Positions 57,954-64,000 of a stretch of DNA of 64,000 nt are shown here, piece after piece; position 1 is the first letter of the stretch; each line of letters starts with the position of its first letter. Origin of the DNA: an uncultured virus (IMG/VR IMGVR_UViG_3300013109_000180) (lineage: Duplodnaviria > Heunggongvirae > Uroviricota > Caudoviricetes); IMG/VR virus record IMGVR_UViG_3300013109_000180; one strand, given 5' to 3'. The notes under the pieces were generated by a model that was not told the DNA's origin, ran no database searches, and saw only the letters and a program-made list of their open reading frames with translations. Made by a program: the position numbers and the translations under genes.

Positions 57954-59393
57954 TTAAGCATATTCTAGTTTACTTCTTTTAACTATGCTGAATACTAACA
58001 ACATAATTACACAACTCATTATCACTAAGAACAACGGTCTTGTCATTAGTTTATCTATTGAATAAATTGTTGTCATTTGTAATGTTAATGCTTCTATCTT
58101 TGTAGCAAGTATAAATGCCATTAACATTGCAGGTCTACTAAACTTGTATTTTTTACAAAACAATCCTAAACAAGTAGTAATACCTAGTATAGCATAATCT
58201 TGCCAACCACCTGTGTATTGAACACAAGCCCATATAATAAATGCTACTAAGAATGGAAAGTAATAAATGTAAGGAACATAAGTTATTTTTGCAATTTGCT
58301 TATTGAATAGTACACAAACTACACCAGTAATTACTGTCGCCCACATAAATCCAAATGTTAAACTGTCAAAGAACTTTATATCATTTGCTAATTCTTGTGT
58401 TCCTAATTCGAAACCCAAATACATAAACAAGGCTAGTAGTACTGCGGCAAAACTTGCTCCAGGTATTCCAAACAATACTGTTGGAATCATACTAGTTGCC
58501 TTTTGGGCATTGTTACTACCTTCTGGCCCTATAACACCTCTTAGGTTACCTTTACCAAATTCTTCTTCAGGATGACTTGCTACTGTAGCACCGTAACTCA
58601 TCCAATCTCCCATAGCACCACCAAGACCAGGTAAAAATCCTACAAATGCTCCAATTGCTCCGCCACGTAAAGCATCCCATTTATATTTCCAAACTGCTTT
58701 AATACCTTCCCAAGTCTGATGCGTATGCGTTTCTTTACCTATTGTTGCAATTGAGTTGCCTCTTCGCCAACCTTGTACTATTTCAGGAAAAGCAAATAGT
58801 CCAGCGACAAAAGGCATAAGTTGTACGCCATCTTCTAAATATTCCCATCCAAAAGTAAATCTGTCTATGTTTGTTTCTGGGTTTATGCCTATTAATCCTA
58901 CAAAAATACCCACACAAATTGCTATGATACTTCTAAACCAAAACCTATTACTGACAAATCCTACACAGGCTAAACTTAATAAGATGAAAGCCCATAGTTC
59001 AGGGATGCCGAAATACATAATAAGTTTCACATATTGAGGTAATAGGGCAAAAGTTAATGTACCCCAAAATAATCCATTGATTGTGCTTGTTGTGATTGCG
59101 GCCGTTAAAGCCTCTGTGGCTCTACCTTGTTGTGCTAAAGGATACCCATCGACCATTGTAGCCGCGGCTGAGTTTGCACCTGGGATACCTAATAGTATTC
59201 CTGCATAAGTATCACCCGTTGTGCTTGAGGCAACTACTGCCATACAGAATATTACGCCCAAGTATGGGTCGAAACCAAAGTAACTTATGAAACCAAAAAG
59301 TGCTACGAGACCTGTTGTGGCTCCAGCACTTGGTATAAGTCCTATAATTAATCCGTAAAATGTTCCTGCGAGTAACGTCAGAATTGCGTCCAT
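57954..59393 (-). CDS. tctA: Tripartite tricarboxylate transporter permease
   Basis: GLIPSAGAT, ILLGIPG, DGYPLAQQG, GFLPGLGG, EGSNNA, LFGIPG; many TM segments. Confidence 0.9.
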   Translation of the reverse strand: MDAILTLLAGTFYGLIIGLIPSAGATTGLVALFGFISYFGFDPYLGVIFCMAVVASSTTGDTYAGILLGIPGANSAAATMVDGYPLAQQGRATEALTAAITTSTINGLFWGTLTFALLPQYVKLIMYFGIPELWAFILLSLACVGFVSNRFWFRSIIAICVGIFVGLIGINPETNIDRFTFGWEYLEDGVQLMPFVAGLFAFPEIVQGWRRGNSIATIGKETHTHQTWEGIKAVWKYKWDALRGGAIGAFVGFLPGLGGAMGDWMSYGATVASHPEEEFGKGNLRGVIGPEGSNNAQKATSMIPTVLFGIPGASFAAVLLALFMYLGFELGTQELANDIKFFDSLTFGFMWATVITGVVCVLFNKQIAKITYVPYIYYFPFLVAFIIWACVQYTGGWQDYAILGITTCLGLFCKKYKFSRPAMLMAFILATKIEALTLQMTTIYSIDKLMTRPLFLVIMSCVIMLLVFSIVKRSKLEYA

Positions 59394-59494
59394 GATGTAT
59401 TCCCTCTATGGTATTTATCGTAGTCAATACATTACAGTTGACTATTCTGCTATCTCTTAAAGCTGTGGTCCTTCAAACGGAAGATCATCTAAGT

Positions 59495-59755
59495 TTAGTT
59501 TTTTTTTGATGCTTTTTTTCCTTTGGCTTTAGAAGTAGCTGACTTCACCTCCGTAATAGGCTTCTTCTTAATTATTTTACCTTTAGATGATACTCGTATC
59601 TTCTTTTTTGCCGTTGTTTTAACTGGCTTCTTTGTGGTCATACTTGTTTTACCAGACAAGTAACTAGGAATCATACTTCCTTTATACTTGGCTGGGTCAA
59701 CACCTTTGCCAAAAAATATTTCAGTTAAAGTTGGCCAATCTCCTAGGTTAAACAT
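59495..59755 (-). CDS. Lysine-rich basic protein
   Basis: K/T/A-rich C-terminal half. Confidence 0.65.
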   Translation of the reverse strand: MFNLGDWPTLTEIFFGKGVDPAKYKGSMIPSYLSGKTSMTTKKPVKTTAKKKIRVSSKGKIIKKKPITEVKSATSKAKGKKASKKN

Positions 59756-59767
59756 AGTAGTTCTTCC

Positions 59768-59950
59768 CTATAGATTGTTTTTCTTTTCTTGGATTTCTTT
59801 TCGTCTTGCTTTTGAAAGTTTTCCAATTGCGCCTAGTGCTTTCCTAGCACGGGCCGCTGATGCTTTTACACCTTTGTTTTCAAAGTTTGCCTGCTCTGAA
59901 AGATAAGTTTCGTAACTAGTTACAATTTCATCGTGTGTTGTAGTACTCAT
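59768..59950 (-). CDS. Histone H1-like (Hc1-type) small DNA-binding protein
   Basis: FENKGVKASAARARKAL...RRKEIQE. Confidence 0.7.
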   Translation of the reverse strand: MSTTTHDEIVTSYETYLSEQANFENKGVKASAARARKALGAIGKLSKARRKEIQEKKNNL

Positions 59951-59967
59951 AATTTTCTCCTTATGAT

Positions 59968-60213
59968 TTAACCAATATGCGGGTTACCCGCTGGCGTATT
60001 ACTGTCGCTCGCGACTTTTTTAACATTAATAGCGGTACTTTTACCTCTATTTTCACCTATTTCAAAAGATACTTCATCACCTTCTGTAATAGTATCGATA
60101 CCAGCTTCTTGTAATGCAGAAATATGTAAAAACACATCCTTACTACCGCCGCCGACTTCGATAAATCCATATCCTTTTGTAGGATTGAACCATTTTATTT
60201 TACCTGTATTCAT
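59968..60213 (-). CDS. cspA: Cold-shock protein
   Basis: [24 protein letters not shown]. Confidence 0.95.
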   Translation of the reverse strand: MNTGKIKWFNPTKGYGFIEVGGGSKDVFLHISALQEAGIDTITEGDEVSFEIGENRGKSTAINVKKVASDSNTPAGNPHIG

Positions 60214-60225
60214 TGTCTTCCTTCT

Positions 60226-60360
60226 TTATCCAAAGTGCTTAGTTATGCTCTCTGGCATTCTTTCTTTAATTGGACTCCATATAGATGATTCTACCTTGCC
60301 TATTAATTTAGGTCTAGGTACTAACCATCCTATTAAAATCCCGAGTATAAAATATCCCAT
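60226..60360 (-). CDS. Small membrane protein (44 aa, not in ORF track)
   Basis: MGYFILGILIGWLVPRPK...; AAGGA RBS. Confidence 0.65.
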   Translation of the reverse strand: MGYFILGILIGWLVPRPKLIGKVESSIWSPIKERMPESITKHFG

Positions 60361-60403
60361 TTTATATCCTTTTCTATCGCAAATCTATTGCGAATTCTTT
60401 ATT

Positions 60404-60432
60404 ATTATAATACATTATTACCAAGATGTCAA
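60404..60432 (-). promoter_or_regulatory. Sigma70-type promoter
   Basis: TTGACA-17bp-TATAAT, perfect consensus. Confidence 0.85.
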
Positions 60433-61035
60433 CTAAGATCTTGCTTTCTTTCGCCAAATAACCATATTATGATACGTTTTTATGCCTTCTGGGGTGGTTA
60501 AACTGTGTACTGGTGTAATATTTACAACATCTAAATATGATTGTGCATTCCATCCACCATCATAAAACCAATCGCCATCGTGCTTAGACATACTACAAAA
60601 TAGTAGTCCGTCGTTTGTTAAACTGTTTGCTAAATGTTCTGCCGCAATAGAATTAACATGACCTTTTGTTAATACACCTATTGCTGTTATACATTTATAC
60701 TTCTTTGGTAATGCTTTTTCAGTAATGTCATGTTTACTAATTGATCTATAGTTTGTTGCTATAAATCTTTCAAGCATTTTGAGATTTAAGTCATATCCAT
60801 CAATTTTATAATCATGTTCTGCTAATCCAATACCCACTTGACCGTTACCACATCCAATGTCTGCAACTTCGGTTCCTTCTGGAAAGTTATCAGCAATCCA
60901 TTTAGCCGCTATTGTATGACATTTCCATCCTAATCCTTCTATGACTTGTTCATGATAGTTATCCCATTCGTCATATAACTCGCTATTATTTTTATCATAT
61001 ACTTCATCGAGCCATTTTTGTTCTTTATTCGTCAT
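60433..61035 (-). CDS. Class I SAM-dependent methyltransferase
   Basis: VADIGCGNG, DGYDLN, GVLTKGH. Confidence 0.85.
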   Translation of the reverse strand: MTNKEQKWLDEVYDKNNSELYDEWDNYHEQVIEGLGWKCHTIAAKWIADNFPEGTEVADIGCGNGQVGIGLAEHDYKIDGYDLNLKMLERFIATNYRSISKHDITEKALPKKYKCITAIGVLTKGHVNSIAAEHLANSLTNDGLLFCSMSKHDGDWFYDGGWNAQSYLDVVNITPVHSLTTPEGIKTYHNMVIWRKKARS

Positions 61036-61720
61036 AATATTTTACTATTTCGTTTATGTCTTGCCTCATAGTTCTATACTGATTAATTGGGTTTGATGGA
61101 TCTTCATATCCCATACTCATACCACATAAAACTATCTTATCTTTGTACTTTGGCAACTCTTCACGTATAATATCAGCATATTCACCCAACGAGCCTTGTG
61201 AACATGTTGCTAGTCCATTCTCTGTTGCTAATAACATAATAGATTGTATAAACATTCCATAGTCTACGTAAGAACCTTTCCCTAATTCTCTATCAATAAA
61301 GAATAATAGCATTACGGGTGCATCAAAAGCTCTGTAGTTTTTAGCATATAAGTCGTCTTTTTGTTTTTGCATTCCTTTAGAAATAATACCCATTTGTGAG
61401 TATAACCCTATCCCACATGCTTTTCTATTATCTTTATACTTACCAAACCATTTAGTATCTTTCTCAGACTTTTTGTCTTGTGGATAGTATTCATAATCCA
61501 TAACAGGTTGTTTACCTGAACGAAATGCTTCTTCTAACTTAATACATAAGTTGTTTTTTGCTTTACCAGTAAGTACTACAACGTCCCAAGGTTGATGATT
61601 ATCGCCACTTGGTGCTCGTTTTGCTTGTTCTAGTATTTTAATTACAATATGTGGATACACTTGTTTATTTAAAAATGCACGTGTTGATTTACGTTTTCTT
61701 ATAGCGTCATTTACATTCAT
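61025..61720 (-). CDS. Nitroreductase-family flavoprotein
   Basis: RKSTRAF, APSGDNHQPW, FDAP, DYGMF, GMSMGY. Confidence 0.9.
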   Translation of the reverse strand: MNVNDAIRKRKSTRAFLNKQVYPHIVIKILEQAKRAPSGDNHQPWDVVVLTGKAKNNLCIKLEEAFRSGKQPVMDYEYYPQDKKSEKDTKWFGKYKDNRKACGIGLYSQMGIISKGMQKQKDDLYAKNYRAFDAPVMLLFFIDRELGKGSYVDYGMFIQSIMLLATENGLATCSQGSLGEYADIIREELPKYKDKIVLCGMSMGYEDPSNPINQYRTMRQDINEIVKYYDE

Positions 61721-62724
61721 GTTGTTATTTCACAATTATTTATACATACAGCATACTTACCGTGCTCTACAGCACTATTTAATGTACTATTGAACCATTT
61801 ATGACTAAGTATGTCATTTAATGAGTGATTTGTTAAATTGTTCCATTCTTGATTAGGCATTTCTTTTTCTAACTGTTCTTGTTGGTTTATCTCAGTTATT
61901 CCTTCCATTACATCTGCAATATAGCAACATGGCCACACATTGCCCCACGGCCCAATTTGTATTCGTTCATCTCTATACCATGGGCATTTACTATCAGTTG
62001 TATGTTTTGTTGAGTTTTCAGAAAACATTACTGAATTATTAAAATATACTGTGTCTGGCAATGTAACTTTATCTGCTTTATCAGTATGTAACCTGTATTC
62101 TTCTGTTGGTGTTTCAACTAATGCATTTTTTGTATGACTATATCTAAATTTAATTGACGTAAAGTTATTCTTTCTTGCTACCTCAATTGCTTCATCTATT
62201 TGATGTATATTATAATCAAACAATGTCATTATCCAACGACTTTTTCCACCTGCTTTAGCAAAAGATATTGCATTTGCTAATATTTTATTATAATCTGTTG
62301 AGCGCCTATATATTAAATGTGTGTCTTCTAGTCCATCAATAGCAAAATCAACAGCATGATATTTTGTATCTCTAGATAATGCATTGCCTAAACTACCCCA
62401 CCATTCTTCATTATGTGTTCCACCATTAGTACAAATTTGTACAGATGCTTCTGGATTACATTTACCAAACACAGAAATTAATTCAGGTAAATCAGGATGC
62501 ATACCTGGGTCTCCCCAATTTCCATTAAGTTTTAATTTAAGTATTTCTGTATCAATAGTATCTTCAGTAAATAAACGATACCAAATATGTTTATCAAAGT
62601 GACTTAATTGTAACCACGGCTGTGTTTTTCCTCCAGCTATGTTTCTAGCACACGCACCACACCTTGCGTTACAATAACTTGTAATATCAATTTGCATATG
62701 GTGTATTTGTTTTAGCCAATTCAT
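61717..62724 (-). CDS. Radical SAM protein with C-terminal SPASM/twitch-like domain (paralogue of 1381-2481)
   Basis: CNARCGAC, GNWGDP; CPW...GNVWPCC...CINNC. Confidence 0.9.
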   Translation of the reverse strand: MNWLKQIHHMQIDITSYCNARCGACARNIAGGKTQPWLQLSHFDKHIWYRLFTEDTIDTEILKLKLNGNWGDPGMHPDLPELISVFGKCNPEASVQICTNGGTHNEEWWGSLGNALSRDTKYHAVDFAIDGLEDTHLIYRRSTDYNKILANAISFAKAGGKSRWIMTLFDYNIHQIDEAIEVARKNNFTSIKFRYSHTKNALVETPTEEYRLHTDKADKVTLPDTVYFNNSVMFSENSTKHTTDSKCPWYRDERIQIGPWGNVWPCCYIADVMEGITEINQQEQLEKEMPNQEWNNLTNHSLNDILSHKWFNSTLNSAVEHGKYAVCINNCEITT

Positions 62725-62726
62725 TA

Positions 62727-64000
62727 TTATACTTGAGAGTGATCTTTAAGATTAATATGTTCTAGTCTTTGATCTGCAGGCCCATTTAAAACAATTTCTG
62801 CTAATTTATGTTTTTGTAGTTTTTGTGGAGTTAGTGTTTCACTTGATTGTCCAAAGAATAGTTCATCAGTAACATGATATATGTTGTGTGGTCTTTTAGA
62901 TGGTTGCATTTCTTTAAAACTTTTTGCAATATCCTTTGCTGATGCATCTCCTGTATATATTAAGTAATGAAGTTCGTCTTTCTCACAACTAGCAACGTTT
63001 TCAACGCCAGGAGTTTCAAGTGCCTTAGCCTCAACCATTCCTGTATAAATCTTGACACCACCTTTCATAAAAATAACATCATCGAACACTCTGCCTGTAT
63101 AAAACCAGGCACCATTTCTATTCTCAAACTTATCGCCATCTGTTTGCCAATCAAGTGTTCCATACCTATACCAAAGTACACCCTCATCATCATATTTAAG
63201 TTCGCCATTATAAAATTTAGGGTCGTGTACAAATCCATAAAAGTTTTCTATTGGATCACCGGGTCTATATTTTGCACTAGAATGACAGTCTGCTTCTGTA
63301 CTTGCCATCATGTTGTGCATACATACAAAGTTAAACTTTTTCTCAATACTTCTAACAATTGATTCTGGAGTATGCCCACCTGACATTTCCCAATATTTGA
63401 TTCCATTCCAATTGAAATCATCTGGACATGCATCAACTATTCTTTTAACAGCATTAGGATATGAGATACAACAATTGGGATTTGCTTTTTGTATTTGTTC
63501 TGGAATATTATCACCATAGTTTAAGAAGTGTAATCCGCCACCTATATAATACATTCTTAATAAGTTATATGGATTGTATGTTGCTGTAAATCCGTGTGTG
63601 CAAAGTATATAGGGACGTTGAGCAAATTCAAACTCTGGTGCTATTGCAAATAAATGTTGTGTTGAAGCATGTGCTGTACAACCTAATAGTGTTTGTCCAT
63701 CTACAATTGCGTTTTCGTGGTCTTCATAATCCCAAAAGAAAGGATACATTTCAAAGAATTCTTTAACTGTAGTTCCACTTGTCATACCTCTATAAACTTC
63801 TAATGGATGTAGGATTGTGGGTGTCAAATCGTCTGTTAGCATGGTTATCTCATTACTTCGTATAATACATATTGCTTTACAGCCTGCAATTAACCCATCT
63901 AATTCCATTTTAGATTGTCTACCATCTGCTTGTGTAGCTGACCCACCGTTCTTAATACTAGCAAGTATCCATAAGTAATCATCTATTGTTACTTGCTCTT
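62727..64000 (-). CDS. Adenylate-forming (ANL superfamily) enzyme, N-terminus beyond window end
   Basis: MTSGTT P-loop, ASTEA, DGD, GR..DDVI...GVKIY; the frame stays open from 63908 to 64000. Confidence 0.75.
   Translation of the reverse strand, partial: EQVTIDDYLWILASIKNGGSATQADGRQSKMELDGLIAGCKAICIIRSNEITMLTDDLTPTILHPLEVYRGMTSGTTVKEFFEMYPFFWDYEDHENAIVDGQTLLGCTAHASTQHLFAIAPEFEFAQRPYILCTHGFTATYNPYNLLRMYYIGGGLHFLNYGDNIPEQIQKANPNCCISYPNAVKRIVDACPDDFNWNGIKYWEMSGGHTPESIVRSIEKKFNFVCMHNMMASTEADCHSSAKYRPGDPIENFYGFVHDPKFYNGELKYDDEGVLWYRYGTLDWQTDGDKFENRNGAWFYTGRVFDDVIFMKGGVKIYTGMVEAKALETPGVENVASCEKDELHYLIYTGDASAKDIAKSFKEMQPSKRPHNIYHVTDELFFGQSSETLTPQKLQKHKLAEIVLNGPADQRLEHINLKDHSQV

Noticed and set aside
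59421..59444. Palindrome tagtcaa-N10-ttgacta upstream of tctA
   Set aside because: Short arms in AT-rich DNA and no correctly spaced -10 box; insufficient support on its own.
1..64000. Alternative genetic code or selenocysteine recoding
   Set aside because: TAA, TAG and TGA all end genes at sensible positions and known enzymes are full length under code 11.
1..64000. tRNA, rRNA, introns, inteins, integrases or transposases
   Set aside because: Intergenic gaps are short, with no cloverleaf or mobile-element signature recognisable by eye; a covariance-model scan was not run.
1..64000. Cellular (bacterial) origin of the window
   Set aside because: No ribosomal or core operons; phage-type RNase H, clamp-like and DpdA genes, dense short hypothetical ORFs and single-strand coding favour a large phage, although no capsid or terminase is visible to confirm it.

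Overview
This is a gene-dense, AT-rich segment, almost entirely on the minus strand, that reads as part of a large (jumbo-type) tailed phage genome. It is probably marine, and a proteobacterial host is inferred from the style of MetK and CspA. Phage-type genes include an RNase H/5'-3' exonuclease, a sliding-clamp-like protein, thymidine kinase, a MoxR-AAA/VWA pair, a DEDDh exonuclease and many short hypothetical proteins; no structural or packaging genes are recognisable. Two themes dominate. (1) A 7-deazaguanine DNA-modification pathway: folE, queD, queE, a second QueD-like protein with the LxxxHRHxF motif of the predicted CDG decarboxylase DpdL, and a DpdA/TGT-like transglycosylase. No queC/queF is present in the window. 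GalE, a GT-B glycosyltransferase, a phosphoribosyltransferase and a UDP-glucose dehydrogenase are interleaved with these genes, making this a candidate for an undescribed glycosylated deazaguanine base. (2) An expansion of 12 SPASM/twitch-type radical SAM loci plus QueE, supported by phage-encoded SAM synthetase and MTA/SAH nucleosidase and mixed with tailoring enzymes (amidinotransferase, Fe/2OG oxygenases, sulfotransferase-like protein, methyltransferases, halogenase, nitroreductase, adenylate-forming ligase). Also present are a TctA/TctC transporter pair, secreted proteases, a Cys-rich repeat protein, consensus sigma70 promoters (some with palindromic spacers), a recurrent TAAATA late-promoter-like motif and a hairpin that occludes the htrA start. 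All calls rest on motif recognition by eye; no database search was run.
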